Positions 39,792 through 50,987 of a stretch of 64,000 nucleotides of DNA are shown piece after piece; position 1 is the first letter of the stretch, and each line of letters begins with the position of its first letter. The notes beneath the pieces are model-generated. The model was given only the letters and a program-made list of their open reading frames with translations. It searched no databases and was not told the origin of the DNA. Origin of the DNA: an uncultured Prevotella sp. (GTDB lineage: Bacteria; Bacteroidota; Bacteroidia; Bacteroidales; Bacteroidaceae); contig CAZRSL010000006.1 in assembly GCA_964602785.1 (NCBI GenBank), positions 240 to 64,239 on the forward strand, in the 5' to 3' direction. Position numbers and translations under genes: made by a program.

Positions 39792-41216
39792 TTATCTGTT
39801 GAAGAACTTTTTACCTTTTCTAATCACTAATTCTTTGACATCTGGATGCACCTCTTGTCCCATCAGATTATATGTCCGGCAACTTGTAGGATTGTAATCG
39901 ACCAATTTGTAGGCATTGCTTATTCGTGAAGGTATCGCCAATTGAGCCACAAGGCTGTCGAGCACCACTTCTCGCAAATTGAACCAATTTTCAATGGAAT
40001 CGATATTCTCACTTACTGTGCGACCGTATTTCAAAGTCCAAACACCATCCCAACCCCATCTGTCGGCATCAGCATCCCACGATTTGTCCACAGCTTTCGC
40101 CTCGTCGCTGCTTCTATAATACTCCAGAAAGTCGTTAATGTCCGTGAAGAAAGTCTGCTTAAGTTCTGCCCATCGGTTCATATATGTCTGTTTGAAAAGC
40201 TCATTTGAATTTGGGAAAAGATACTGATAGTAGAACTGCTTGTGTATTGGGGCAAATGCGTGTTTACAATCATCGCCAAAGATGGCGTCAAAATCCCATG
40301 CTGGCCCCATTTTGAATAGGCTTTCCGCAGTGCTGTCCATTTTAGTTAGAAAACGATTAGAGCCAGCCGCGTCATAGCTTCCGAGCAAATCGTGGATAAG
40401 CAACCAGTTAACGAAAGAGCCAACATCAATGGCTTTGTAGTAAGTTGTGTCCAGAAAAGAACTATCCATTATCGCCACAGCCTTCTTTATATAATCCAAG
40501 CTCTCATCGGTAATATCCTCTGGGTCTGGATATTTGAATGTGAACTTGAAAGAACGCATGGCGAAAGCCCCATCAAACGACAAATCCTCATTCCACCAAT
40601 ATGGATCGCTCTCTATTATATATCCGCTCTTGCCAACATTTATTCGACAATCTTCGTTTCGCTCAACCGTCTCAGAAAGCATATAAATGCCACGAAAATC
40701 GCCATTGAAAACAAGGTTTACATACCTCATGGCAGGCGTCCAGTCCTGGCCCACCAATTCGCTGACCTTTAAGCCAACAAGTGTGTTCAAGTTGCAAACG
40801 TCATTCTTCAGCAGAGCCCAGTTCTTATCAGCGTAAAGAGACCCACGGCCAAGCATGTCGCCCTTCTTTTGCAACTTTATCTTGAAAGCCTTTTTCAATC
40901 CCCAAGCACTACTGCTGTTTCCTCGATGCTTGATGGTCATCCCCTTCTTCTTCTGAACATAGTCGCCGCTGTCAAAAATAGTGTCGCCATTAACAGAAAT
41001 CACCATCACACGCCCCGGCACCTTTGTAGCTTTTGTAATCCCCGTGCCGAAGCATCCCTCAGGCGGGTCAATTTTTTCTGACGTAGGCTCCTCGTGATTT
41101 ATCGTCTCCACAACCACCACAGGCAGACCCAGCTGTAAAACCGAATCCATCCCCATTTCCGTCGCATTGCAAGCCATGCCCGTCAGCAACAGCAAAAGCA
41201 AGAAAATCTTCTTCAT
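39792..41216 (-). CDS. CotH kinase family protein with T9SS-like C-terminus
   Basis: Signal peptide; IKHRGNSS, FKIKL, YVNLVFNGDFRGIYMLSE, GPAWDFD; C-terminal YNLMGQ...IRKGKK. Confidence 0.9.
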   Translation of the reverse strand: MKKIFLLLLLLTGMACNATEMGMDSVLQLGLPVVVVETINHEEPTSEKIDPPEGCFGTGITKATKVPGRVMVISVNGDTIFDSGDYVQKKKGMTIKHRGNSSSAWGLKKAFKIKLQKKGDMLGRGSLYADKNWALLKNDVCNLNTLVGLKVSELVGQDWTPAMRYVNLVFNGDFRGIYMLSETVERNEDCRINVGKSGYIIESDPYWWNEDLSFDGAFAMRSFKFTFKYPDPEDITDESLDYIKKAVAIMDSSFLDTTYYKAIDVGSFVNWLLIHDLLGSYDAAGSNRFLTKMDSTAESLFKMGPAWDFDAIFGDDCKHAFAPIHKQFYYQYLFPNSNELFKQTYMNRWAELKQTFFTDINDFLEYYRSSDEAKAVDKSWDADADRWGWDGVWTLKYGRTVSENIDSIENWFNLREVVLDSLVAQLAIPSRISNAYKLVDYNPTSCRTYNLMGQEVHPDVKELVIRKGKKFFNR

Positions 41217-41630
41217 TATACAATTGGTTTTTCGTTATCAATTGAAAGATTATCAACGATATTATACGAAAAAGGCGTAGGAGTCCGTATCGTTACTCGT
41301 CCTACAGCAGGAGGCTCTAGCATTGCCCATCGTGGTTGAACGAGCAACGCAGAAGCCCACGCCCGTATGTAAGTCCGCCTTTTAACCTTGACATGATTAA
41401 AAAAGTGGATATATACATACCCATGAGCATCTATCGTTGCTTTATACTTGACCACGATTGAAACTGCTAGATTTCCTGCTGTCAAGAACAAAGCGTCGGA
41501 TAAACGCCTTATCATATATGTGTGTCCCATTACAAGTATACTCCCAAAAGAGCAACCTTTCCCAACCTCTTGTGGACTTCCATTATCGCTAACGGCAAGT
41601 CTAAAGGTTTCGTGCATGGTTCACGGTTGC
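41217..41630 (-). ncRNA. Long structured 5' leader RNA, putative attenuator (copy 2, upstream of cotH)
   Basis: Homologous to the upxY leader; preceded by a TAGATTTG -7 element at 41630-41637 (minus strand). Confidence 0.75.
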
Positions 41631-41799
41631 AAATCTACAAAGAATATTTGATTTAATTCAACTTTTTGGCAAAAAAATGAATATGTTTTTATCAGCACTT
41701 ATCGCATATATTGTGATTTTCACTGATAGCACTTGTCTGACCATTACTATTCTTATGGCTTTTCCTTTGCAGTGGCTGTTCCCTGTGGCGGCCATCATT

Positions 41800-42246
41800 A
41801 ATGTTCGACCGCTTTAAATAAATAGGTAACGACATTGTTTTAGGGCCGGCCCTAACCCTACCTACACGACCCCTACAGTGGGATTATGCTATTACAATAA
41901 TCCCAAAATGGTCATTAGGAAGTGTTAGTTAGAAAATGATGTCGGAGACATCACCGCTCGATAACCGACGGTGCTTGCACCCTCGGTAAATGGATCATCT
42001 ATTCTCCGACCCTATCGGGGTCGCCGCACTTGCACATCTTTACAACTCACTGACAAAGAAGGGCGACCCCGATAGGGTCGATTGTTTGGAGAGCCTGTGA
42101 TTCCGTGGGTGCAAGCACCCGCGGTTATCGAACGGTGATGCCTCCGGCATCATCTACTATTATAAGAAGGGCATCATCTACGGTTATAAGATGATGAAAA
42201 AATGGTATTGTGTTGCTGCCGTAAACACAATACCATTTTGCTATAA
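41800..42246. repeat. 447-bp direct repeat, copy 2
   Basis: Near-identical to 39341-39787. Confidence 0.93.
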
Positions 42247-42268
42247 CGATAGATGTTGGATAGTGGGG

Positions 42269-43246
42269 CTACATATCCCTGTTGATGACATAGTCGAGAT
42301 ATGCCGTTAGTGCCTCGCGGATGTCAGCCTGGGACACTTGGCTGTCGATGAAGGCCATGCACTCGGCGCGATAGTCGAGCATCACCTTGTCGGCATACTC
42401 TATTCCACCGTTGTCCTTGGTGAAGCTGACGAGCCTCGCCACCTCCTCTGGGCTGACGGTGTGGTCCTTCACCTTGTAGGCCAACTGTCGCATATCCTCG
42501 TTGCCAGTACTGTTGATGGCGTAGAGGGCGGGCAACGTCAGCTTGCCCTCGGCCATGTCGTTGCCTGTGGGCTTGCCAATGGCCGCGGAATCGAAATAGT
42601 CGAATATGTCGTCCTTTATCTGGAAGATGATGCCTAAGTTGCGGCCGAACCGCTTTGCCAGCTCTATCTGCTGCTCGGTGGCACCAGCCGAGGCCGCGCC
42701 GATGGAGGTGCAAGCCTCGAAGAGCGAGGCGGTCTTATGGCGGATGATGTTGAAATACACCTTCTCAGAGAGGTCGTGGCTGTCGACGTTGGACAGTTGC
42801 AATATCTCGCCGTTCGACAGCGTCTGCCCCAGCTCGGCCAGATAGCGCACGATGCGCTCCGAATGGGTGTAGGACACGTGGAGCAAGGCCGTGGAGAGAA
42901 TGTAGTCGCCCACGAGCACAGCCACCTTGTTGTCGTACTCTGCGTTGACCGACGCCTGGCCGCGGCGCTCCTGGCTCTCGTCAACCACATCGTCGTGGAC
43001 GAGCGAGGCCGTGTGGAGCAGTTCCAAGCCCACCGCCGCATTCTGCGTAACGTCGCTCACACGGCCATAGTTCTTGGCCGAGAGCAGAATGAGCATCGGG
43101 CGCATGCGCTTGCCGGCCTTGTTGCGTATGTGGGCGAGGGCCTGCGAGAGCAGTCCGTCGGTGTGGGTCAGCGACTTGTTGAACAGGGCTATAAAGTCGC
43201 CCAGTTCAGAGGCTATTGGCTGTTTTATGAGCGAAAGATAATCCAT
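42269..43246 (-). CDS. ispB: Polyprenyl (octaprenyl-like) diphosphate synthase
   Basis: GKRMRP, SLVHDDVVD, FQIKDDIFD, GKPTGND. Confidence 0.9.
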   Translation of the reverse strand: MDYLSLIKQPIASELGDFIALFNKSLTHTDGLLSQALAHIRNKAGKRMRPMLILLSAKNYGRVSDVTQNAAVGLELLHTASLVHDDVVDESQERRGQASVNAEYDNKVAVLVGDYILSTALLHVSYTHSERIVRYLAELGQTLSNGEILQLSNVDSHDLSEKVYFNIIRHKTASLFEACTSIGAASAGATEQQIELAKRFGRNLGIIFQIKDDIFDYFDSAAIGKPTGNDMAEGKLTLPALYAINSTGNEDMRQLAYKVKDHTVSPEEVARLVSFTKDNGGIEYADKVMLDYRAECMAFIDSQVSQADIREALTAYLDYVINRDM

Positions 43247-43345
43247 TGACTGATTAAAAACGTTACAAAAGTAAACAAAATATTGCGAAGAAACGGTCTC
43301 TATCGAGATTTTTTAGTAATTTTATGCCCAAAAACATATAAACTG

Positions 43346-46108
43346 ATGGCAAAACTATTCCTTATCGACGCTTACGCGCTCATATACCGGTCGTATTACG
43401 CCTTCATCCGCAACCCTCGCATCAACAGCAAGCACCTGAACACCTCGGCCATACTGGGCTTCTGCAACACGCTCAACGAGGTGCTCACCAAGCAGAACCC
43501 AGACTACATCGGCGTGGCTTTCGACCATGGCAAGACATTCCGCCACGAGGCCTACCCGTCCTACAAGGCACAGCGGGAGGAGACACCAGAGGACATCAGA
43601 AAGAGCGTGCCCATCATTAAGGACATACTCGAAGCCTACCACATACCAATACTGCAAGTCGACGGTTTCGAGGCCGACGACGTGATAGGCACCATAGCCA
43701 CCCGCGCTGGCGGCGACGGCATAGAGACGTACATGCTGACGCCCGACAAGGACTACGGACAGCTAATCCGTAAGAACGTCTACATGTACCGCCCGCGCCA
43801 TGGTGGAGGCTACGACAAGATAGGCGTCTCGGAGATAAAGGAGAAGTATGGCATCGACCGCCCGGAGCAGGTGATCGACCTGTTGGCGCTGATGGGCGAC
43901 TCGAGCGACAACTATCCCGGCTGTCCCGGCGTGGGCGAGAAGCGGGCCGTGGCTCTTATCAATGAGTATGGCAGCGTGGAGAACATAATCAGCCATGCCG
44001 ACACCATCAAGGGCAAACTCGGCGAGAGTGTGCGCTCGGCGGTCGACGACATCAAGATGAGCCATTTCCTCGCCACCATACGCACCGACGTGCCCATCGA
44101 CATCAAGCCCGACGACCTGAAACTGCAAGAGCCCGACCTGAAGAAACTGGACGAGATATTCACCGAACTCGAGTTCAAGAGCTTCAAAGACAAACTGTTG
44201 GGAAAAGAGAATAAACCTGAAAAACCGTTAAACCAGCCTCTCTCACTTTTCCCCGAAAATCCGACCGACACCCCAGTCGCTTCAAATTCGGCGAGTTTTG
44301 AGACGCTTAAAACGGTCAGCCACAATTATAAACTGATTGAAACAGAGGATGATGCAAGAAAACTTTGTTCGCTTTTATTGACAAAACAAATCGTGAGTTT
44401 AGACACGGAGACCACAAGCACAAACACTATCGACGCCGAACTGGTGGGGTTGAGCTTCTCGGTGGAGGAATTCAAGGCTTACTACGTGGCGGTGCCGCCT
44501 CACCGTGAGTTGGCACAGCGCATGGTAGAAATATTCCGACCCGTCTATGAGTCTGACTCCATCCTCAAGGTTGGCCAAAACATAAAGTTCGACATGGAGG
44601 TGTTGTCGAACTATGGCATCCACGTGGCCAGCCCAATGTTCGACACTATGATAGCCCACTACCTCATCAACCCCGAGCTGCATCACAACATGGACTACAT
44701 GGCTGAAACGCTGCTCCACTACCAGACCATCCACATCGAGGAGCTGATTGGCCCGAAAGGAAAGGCGCAAAAGAACATGCGCGACCTCGACCCGAAAGAT
44801 GTGTATGAATATGCCGCCGAGGACGCCGACGTGACCCTGCGGCTGAAGAACGCGCTCGAGCCAAAGCTGAAAGAGGTGAATGCCGAACGGCTGTTCACTG
44901 ATATTGAGATGCCTCTTGTGCCTGTCTTGGCCAAAATGGAGATGAACGGCGTGTGTCTCGACACCAAGGCCTTGGCCGAGACCTCCACCCTCTTCACCGA
45001 ACGGATGAATGAATACGAGCAGAAAGTATATCAAGAGGCGGGCCACAAGTTCAACATCAGCAGTCCGAAGCAGGTGGGCGACGTGCTGTTTGGCGAAATG
45101 AAGATAATGGACAAGCCCAAGAAGACGCGCACGGGGCAGTATGTTACATCCGAGGATGTGCTGCAGTCGCTCCGACCGAAGGCACCCATCGTGGCCGACA
45201 TACTCGACTATCGCGGACTAAAGAAACTGCTCAGTACATACGTCGACGCGTTGCCAAAGCTGATCAACCCCCGCACAGGCCACATTCACACGTCGTTCAA
45301 CCAAGCCCTGACAGCCACGGGGCGGCTCTCTTCGTCCGACCCCAACCTGCAGAACATACCCGTACGCAGCGAGGACGGCAAGGAGATTCGCAAGTGCTTC
45401 ATACCCGAGCCAGGCTGCCTGTTTTTCTCGGCCGACTACTCGCAGATAGAACTGCGCATCATGGCTCACCTGTCGGGCGACGAGAACATGATAGAGGCTT
45501 TCCGTGAGGGCTTCGACATCCACCGCGCCACCGCCGCAAAGATATGGCACGAGAGCATGGACGAGGTGAGCGACGCCCAGCGCAAGAAAGCCAAGCAGGC
45601 CAACTTCGGCATAATCTATGGTATAACAGCATTCGGACTGGCCCAGCGCATGGAAATAAGCAACACCGAGGCACGCGACCTGATCCACGACTACTTCGCC
45701 ACCTTCCCCAAGGTGCATGAGTTTATGGAGAAGGCCAAGGAGACCGCCCGCAGCAAGGGCTACGCCGAGACGCTGTTTGGCCGCCGCCGCTATCTGCCTG
45801 ACATCAATTCCCACAACGCCACCGTGCGTGGCTTTGCCGAGCGCAATGCCATCAACGCGCCAATACAGGGTACCGAGGCCGACATAATAAAGATAGCCAT
45901 GGTCAGGATTGACCAGCGGTTCCGTGAGGAAGGCATACGTTCGAAGATGATATTGCAAGTGCACGACGAATTGAACTTCAGCGTATATCCAGAGGAGAAA
46001 GAAAAGGTGGAGAGCATAGTAATCGGCGAAATGCAGAACGCATGCAAGTTGAGCGTGCCTCTGATAGCCGACCCAGGATGGGGAACCAACTGGCTTGAAG
46101 CACATTAG
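43346..46108 (+). CDS. polA: DNA polymerase I
   Basis: Start MAKLFLIDAY (43346); EADDVIGT, ADYSQIELR, QVHDEL. Confidence 0.98.
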   Translation: MAKLFLIDAYALIYRSYYAFIRNPRINSKHLNTSAILGFCNTLNEVLTKQNPDYIGVAFDHGKTFRHEAYPSYKAQREETPEDIRKSVPIIKDILEAYHIPILQVDGFEADDVIGTIATRAGGDGIETYMLTPDKDYGQLIRKNVYMYRPRHGGGYDKIGVSEIKEKYGIDRPEQVIDLLALMGDSSDNYPGCPGVGEKRAVALINEYGSVENIISHADTIKGKLGESVRSAVDDIKMSHFLATIRTDVPIDIKPDDLKLQEPDLKKLDEIFTELEFKSFKDKLLGKENKPEKPLNQPLSLFPENPTDTPVASNSASFETLKTVSHNYKLIETEDDARKLCSLLLTKQIVSLDTETTSTNTIDAELVGLSFSVEEFKAYYVAVPPHRELAQRMVEIFRPVYESDSILKVGQNIKFDMEVLSNYGIHVASPMFDTMIAHYLINPELHHNMDYMAETLLHYQTIHIEELIGPKGKAQKNMRDLDPKDVYEYAAEDADVTLRLKNALEPKLKEVNAERLFTDIEMPLVPVLAKMEMNGVCLDTKALAETSTLFTERMNEYEQKVYQEAGHKFNISSPKQVGDVLFGEMKIMDKPKKTRTGQYVTSEDVLQSLRPKAPIVADILDYRGLKKLLSTYVDALPKLINPRTGHIHTSFNQALTATGRLSSSDPNLQNIPVRSEDGKEIRKCFIPEPGCLFFSADYSQIELRIMAHLSGDENMIEAFREGFDIHRATAAKIWHESMDEVSDAQRKKAKQANFGIIYGITAFGLAQRMEISNTEARDLIHDYFATFPKVHEFMEKAKETARSKGYAETLFGRRRYLPDINSHNATVRGFAERNAINAPIQGTEADIIKIAMVRIDQRFREEGIRSKMILQVHDELNFSVYPEEKEKVESIVIGEMQNACKLSVPLIADPGWGTNWLEAH

Positions 46109-46117
46109 AAGTCAAGC

Positions 46118-46171
46118 GTAACAAAATCGTGCCATGAAACCACTGTCAGTTTCATGGCACGATTTTGTTAC
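46118..46171. terminator. Perfect 23-bp inverted repeat between convergent polA and cysS (bidirectional terminator-like)
   Basis: GTAACAAAATCGTGCCATGAAAC-8nt-GTTTCATGGCACGATTTTGTTAC. Confidence 0.65.
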
Positions 46172-46190
46172 ACTCAGTGTTTTCTGGAGT

Positions 46191-47684
46191 TTATTTGTTC
46201 AGTTTCCATACGGCTCCATCCTTGGTGTCCTTCACCTCGAAGCCGTCTTGCTGCAGTTCGTCCCTGATTTTGTCGCTCGTGGCCCAGTCCTTGTTGGCCT
46301 TGGCCTTGGCACGCAGTTCAAGCACCATGTCGACCACCTTGCCGTAGGCCTCCTCGCGGGCGGCGTTGCCTTGGCCTTGCTCATTGCGCAAGCCGAGTAT
46401 GTCGAATATGAACAGGTGCATCACCTCGCGCAGACTCTTCAGGTCGTCGGCGCTGATTTTCGCCTTGTGGTCGACAATGCTGTTTATCACGTGGCAAGCC
46501 TCAAACATTTGGCTGATAACGAGCGGCGTCTGCAAGTCGTCGTTCATGGCGTCGTAGCACTTCTGCGGCAGCTCACTGACAAACTTGGCCACCTGAGCGT
46601 CGCTTGCGCCCTCCGCCGTCAACTTGTCGAGTGTGCCAACGGCATCCATCAGCCTCTGATAACCCTTTTCGGCGGCCTCAAGAGCATCGTTGCTGAAGTC
46701 TACAGTGCCCCGGTAGTGGGCCGAGAGGATGAAGAAACGTATTGTCATGGGCGAATAGGCGTGCTCGAGCGACGGGTGGGTGCCCTTGAAGAACTGCTCT
46801 AAGGTGATGAAGTTGCCAAGCGACTTGCCCATCTTCTGCCCGTTGATGGTGATCATGTTGTTGTGCATCCAGTATTTCACCATCTGGTCGCCCTGCGCGG
46901 CCACGGCCTGTGCTATTTCGCACTCGTGGTGAGGGAATATAAGGTCCATGCCGCCACCATGTATGTCGAAGTGATTGCCAAGGTATTTGCGCCCCATGGC
47001 CGTGCATTCGCAGTGCCAACCGGGGAAACCGTCGCTCCAAGGGCTTGGCCAGCGCATGATGTGCTCGGGCTGAGCCTTCTTCCACAGAGCAAAGTCGGCC
47101 TGGTTGTGCTTCTCCGAAGTGCCGGCCAGTTCGCGGCTCTTGTTGATTATGTCGCGCAGATTGCGGCCTGAGAGAATGCCGTAGTGGTATTTCTTGTCAT
47201 ATTTCTCAACGTCGAAGTAGACCGAGCCGTTGCTCACGTAGGCGAAGCCATTGTCGAGTATCTCCTTCACCAATTGCTCCTGCTCAATGATATGGCCCGA
47301 AGCGTGTGGCTCTATCGACGGCGGAAGCACGTTGAGCAGCCTCATGGCCTCGTGGTATCGGTTGGTGTAGTACTGCGCCACCTCCATCGGCTCCAGTTGC
47401 TCCAGTCGGGCCTTCTTCTCTATCTTGTCATCGCCCTCATCAGCGTCGTGCTCCAAGTGGCCAACATCGGTTATGTTGCGCACATAGCGCACCTTGTAGC
47501 CCAAGTGTTTCAGATAGCGGAAGAGCACATCGAACGTTATGGCCGGGCGGGCGTGGCCAAGATGCGGGTCGCCATAGACGGTTGGGCCGCAGACGTACAT
47601 GCCCACATGTGGAGCGTGCAGCGGCACGAAGCGTTCCTTCTGCCGGTGCAGCGTATTATAGATAAGTAAATTCTGCTGTGTCAT
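46191..47684 (-). CDS. cysS: Cysteine--tRNA ligase
   Basis: YVCGPTVY...[29 protein letters not shown]. Confidence 0.98.
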   Translation of the reverse strand: MTQQNLLIYNTLHRQKERFVPLHAPHVGMYVCGPTVYGDPHLGHARPAITFDVLFRYLKHLGYKVRYVRNITDVGHLEHDADEGDDKIEKKARLEQLEPMEVAQYYTNRYHEAMRLLNVLPPSIEPHASGHIIEQEQLVKEILDNGFAYVSNGSVYFDVEKYDKKYHYGILSGRNLRDIINKSRELAGTSEKHNQADFALWKKAQPEHIMRWPSPWSDGFPGWHCECTAMGRKYLGNHFDIHGGGMDLIFPHHECEIAQAVAAQGDQMVKYWMHNNMITINGQKMGKSLGNFITLEQFFKGTHPSLEHAYSPMTIRFFILSAHYRGTVDFSNDALEAAEKGYQRLMDAVGTLDKLTAEGASDAQVAKFVSELPQKCYDAMNDDLQTPLVISQMFEACHVINSIVDHKAKISADDLKSLREVMHLFIFDILGLRNEQGQGNAAREEAYGKVVDMVLELRAKAKANKDWATSDKIRDELQQDGFEVKDTKDGAVWKLNK

Positions 47685-47836
47685 TATGGTATTGTGTTAT
47701 ATTGGAATATGCAAAATTACTCAAATTTATTGAACTTTACAAATATTCCACCAATTCATGTTAGATTCCATTCTTCTGTGTATGGCAAAAGGCGGCATCG
47801 ACTATTGAGAAAGAAATAATAACTTTTAAATAATAA

Positions 47837-47868
47837 AACAAAGCCAGAATCCTGAGACTCTGGCTTTG
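47837..47868 (-). terminator. Terminator after uxuB
   Basis: CAAAGCCAGA...TCTGGCTTTG stem with a T-rich tail on the minus strand. Confidence 0.65.
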
Positions 47869-47891
47869 CTGATATTGATCGTGGCAAATGG

Positions 47892-49478
47892 TTATCTTGC
47901 CAAAACATACTTGTGGAGAGTCTGGCGCACCGCGCCCGTGCCCGCATAGAGTTCCTTCACCATGGCCTCGATACGCTCGCCGAGGCCAGCCTCATAAAGG
48001 TCAAGACCAAACACGTCCTTGCGAGAGTAAAGCTGGTGCAAGCAACTGTAGTCGTTGTTGGTCTTGCCCACTTCGAGCTGAGCCACGATGGCCTGCAACT
48101 CCTCAAGCAGCGGGTCGGGCGATGGCTGGAATGGCTTGCCTGTGTCGTCGACGCCATTCAGATATCGGGCGTAACCGGCAAGCACGAGCGGTATGAGCAC
48201 CAAGTTGCTGGTGTCGAGGCCGCGGGCAATGTACTTCTTTATTGTCTCGCCGAAGCGGATGGCCAACTTCTGACTTGTGTCGGTGGCTATGCGTTGTGGC
48301 GTGTCTGGCATGAACGGGTTGGGCAGACGCTTGTTGATGAAAGCGCCGATAAACTCGTAGGGATTCAGAATGCCCGGGTCGGTAACCACTGGCATAGCCT
48401 CTATATAGCCTATTTTCTGCACCAGCGGACGGATGTCCTCGTCCTTTATCTCGGCTGAGATTAAGTCGTAGCCCAGCAGGCATCCATAGATGGCCATTGC
48501 GGTGTGGAGCGGATTGAGGCAGGTGGTAACCTTCATTGTCTCCACCTTGTCAACTGTCTCGCGGGTGGTATAGATAACTCCGCCAAGGTCGAGTGGCGGC
48601 CGGCCGTTGGTGTAGTTGTCCTCTATCACGAGATATTGTGTCTCCTCAGAGTTGACAAACGGCGCAGAGAAGGTGTGGCGGCTGGTCTCTATATAGTTGT
48701 TGTCCTCAAATCCGTCGGCAGCCAACAGTTCTTTCACTTTCTCGTGTGGGCGTGGCGTAATCTTGTCGATCATCGACCACGGGAAGGTTATCTTCGTCTC
48801 GTCCTTCAGATAGTCGACAAAGCCCTGTGGCACAAGACCGTCTTTCAGCCACCGCTCTGCGTAGGCAAACACGCCAGCCTTCACCTTGTCGCCATTGTGT
48901 GAGCAGTTGTCCATGCTCTGCACAGTTAGTGGCAGCTCTCCAGCCTTGTAGCGTTCCAACAGCAGCACGCCCACCTTGCCCATGGCGAACTGTGGCTGCA
49001 GACCGCGGGCCAAGTCGGCCTCGTTGTAGCTGTAGCCTTTCTCGGTGATGGTGAACGAAATCATCTGCAGGCTGGGCTTGCGGAATATCTCCTCCAAACG
49101 CTGCCAGTCGGCAAACTGATAATCTGCCCTGAGAGCCTCGGTTATGCTTGCTATCACCTTCTTGTCGATGGTGCCGTCGCTCTTCAGACTTACTAAAAGC
49201 GACAGATTGTCGTAGGGCTCATATATTTTGTCGATGGTCTCATAGTCAAATGTGTCGGCCACTATCACACCTCGGTCGTATTTGCCAGTGTTGAGTGCGT
49301 CCTCAAGAATGGCGGCTGGGAAGGCGCGGAAAATGTTACCACCACCGAAGTGAACCCATGTGGGTTCGTCGTGGGTCTTTTTGCGCACGGCCTCAATATC
49401 GAATTTGGGCAGCTGATAGCCCTTCTTCTCCCATTCGGCAGCTTTGAGCTTGCCATTAGTAATATCTTTTAGTTTCAT
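47892..49478 (-). CDS. uxuB: Mannitol dehydrogenase family protein (D-mannonate oxidoreductase-like)
   Basis: WVHFGGGNIFRAF, TITEKGY, SMDNCSHNG, MIDKITP; directly downstream of uxuA. Confidence 0.8.
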   Translation of the reverse strand: MKLKDITNGKLKAAEWEKKGYQLPKFDIEAVRKKTHDEPTWVHFGGGNIFRAFPAAILEDALNTGKYDRGVIVADTFDYETIDKIYEPYDNLSLLVSLKSDGTIDKKVIASITEALRADYQFADWQRLEEIFRKPSLQMISFTITEKGYSYNEADLARGLQPQFAMGKVGVLLLERYKAGELPLTVQSMDNCSHNGDKVKAGVFAYAERWLKDGLVPQGFVDYLKDETKITFPWSMIDKITPRPHEKVKELLAADGFEDNNYIETSRHTFSAPFVNSEETQYLVIEDNYTNGRPPLDLGGVIYTTRETVDKVETMKVTTCLNPLHTAMAIYGCLLGYDLISAEIKDEDIRPLVQKIGYIEAMPVVTDPGILNPYEFIGAFINKRLPNPFMPDTPQRIATDTSQKLAIRFGETIKKYIARGLDTSNLVLIPLVLAGYARYLNGVDDTGKPFQPSPDPLLEELQAIVAQLEVGKTNNDYSCLHQLYSRKDVFGLDLYEAGLGERIEAMVKELYAGTGAVRQTLHKYVLAR

Positions 49479-49504
49479 ATTTATGGTATTTTACATTATT
49501 TCAA

Positions 49505-50770
49505 TTATTCAAAGAAACCAGGTTGGTGATATGGTTTGCCAAGCTCACGGTCGACAGTGGCTATGATGCCTTGCACTTGACCCATGGCAAACATGCGTCC
49601 GAGGAAGGAGTAGCCGGCGTTGTAGCCTCTGGTTTCATCGCCAAGCATCGTCATGCCGTGGTCGACTCGCATTGGCAGACGTGCAATGTTTGGGTTGCTG
49701 CGCCGCTCGTCCTCCTCAAGCTCGAAAATGCGGGTCAGGGTAATCAGGTCGGCACGTCCGCCCAGATGGCTTGCCTCGGTGAAGTCGCCGTTGGGCAGCA
49801 CGTGACAAGAGCGTAGGTGGACAAACCATGTGCGATTGGCAAACTCGCGGGCCAATTCTGGCAGATTGTTGTGGGCACCGGCAGAGAGGGAACCGGCGCA
49901 GAAAGTGAGTCCGTTGTGCTTGTCGGGCACGGCGTTGAGGAACCACTCTATGTCCTCCCTGCAAGTTACGATGCGCGGCAGACCCAAAATTTGGAATGGA
50001 GGATCGTCAGGATGGACGCACATGTACATGTCGCACTCATCGCAGACGGGCATTATGGCCTCAAGGAAGTACTTCATGTTGGCTCGAAGCTGGTCGCGGT
50101 CGATGCCTTTGTAGAGCGCAAGCAACTGGCGGAAGAGTTCCACCGGATGCTCGTCGCCTTCCTTGAAGTTACCACTGACGAAGCCTTGGGTTTTTATTAC
50201 TATGTTCTCCACAAGTTCGTGGTCTTTCTCAGCGTTCATAGTCGCTTTCAGCTGTTCCACCTCTTTGAGCACGTCGCGCCCATTTGGCTTACCGTCGGGA
50301 CCGAGTACTTGGAACTTTGCCCAGTCCTCTCGCGCTCCCTCACGCTTCAGAATATAGATGTCGAAATAGGCGAACTGCGGAATGCTGAAGTAGAGGTTGC
50401 TCGACCCGTTGGGATTCGGATGCAACAGGTCGGTGCGAGCCCAGTCGAGCACGGGCATGAAGTTGTAGCAGATGGTGTGGATGCCCTCAGCGGCCAGATT
50501 GCGCAGACTCTCCTTGTATATTTCTATCTGCTCATCGCGGTCGGGGCCGGCATATTTGATTGTCTCTGTGACAGGCAGCGACTCCACCACGCTCCAGCGC
50601 ATGCCATAGCTTTCGATGTACGCGCGCAAGTCGTGTATTTTCTCGCGCGTCCACACTTGTCCAAGGGGCACGTCGTGCAGAGCCGTTACAATGCCTTCAA
50701 CTCCGATTTGCTTCAGCATGGCAAGAGTTATCTTGTCGTTCTTGCCAAACCATCTCCATGTTCTTTCCAT
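49505..50770 (-). CDS. uxuA: Mannonate dehydratase
   Basis: MERTWRWFG, CYNFMPVLDWART, HPDDPP, MRVDHG. Confidence 0.96.
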   Translation of the reverse strand: MERTWRWFGKNDKITLAMLKQIGVEGIVTALHDVPLGQVWTREKIHDLRAYIESYGMRWSVVESLPVTETIKYAGPDRDEQIEIYKESLRNLAAEGIHTICYNFMPVLDWARTDLLHPNPNGSSNLYFSIPQFAYFDIYILKREGAREDWAKFQVLGPDGKPNGRDVLKEVEQLKATMNAEKDHELVENIVIKTQGFVSGNFKEGDEHPVELFRQLLALYKGIDRDQLRANMKYFLEAIMPVCDECDMYMCVHPDDPPFQILGLPRIVTCREDIEWFLNAVPDKHNGLTFCAGSLSAGAHNNLPELAREFANRTWFVHLRSCHVLPNGDFTEASHLGGRADLITLTRIFELEEDERRSNPNIARLPMRVDHGMTMLGDETRGYNAGYSFLGRMFAMGQVQGIIATVDRELGKPYHQPGFFE

Positions 50771-50987
50771 AAAAAATCAGTTTTTAATTAATTTGCTGAC
50801 AAAGATACAAATAAATGCAATGCGGTAAAGGCTGTTTATCATTTTTTTAATCACTTTTGTCAAATCAGAAAACATTTGATACAAATGGAATATCAGATTT
50901 TAACGTAATGTAATATTATAAACTTGGCCGTTCCGCTGTAAAGCATTAACTTTGAGGCTGAAAAAAACACTAAAAACAGAACAAAAA

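Noticed and set aside
50873-50887. Palindrome CATTTGATACAAATG between uxuA and the kinase gene as an operator
   Set aside because: A single short palindrome in AT-rich DNA with no regulator gene nearby; insufficient support.
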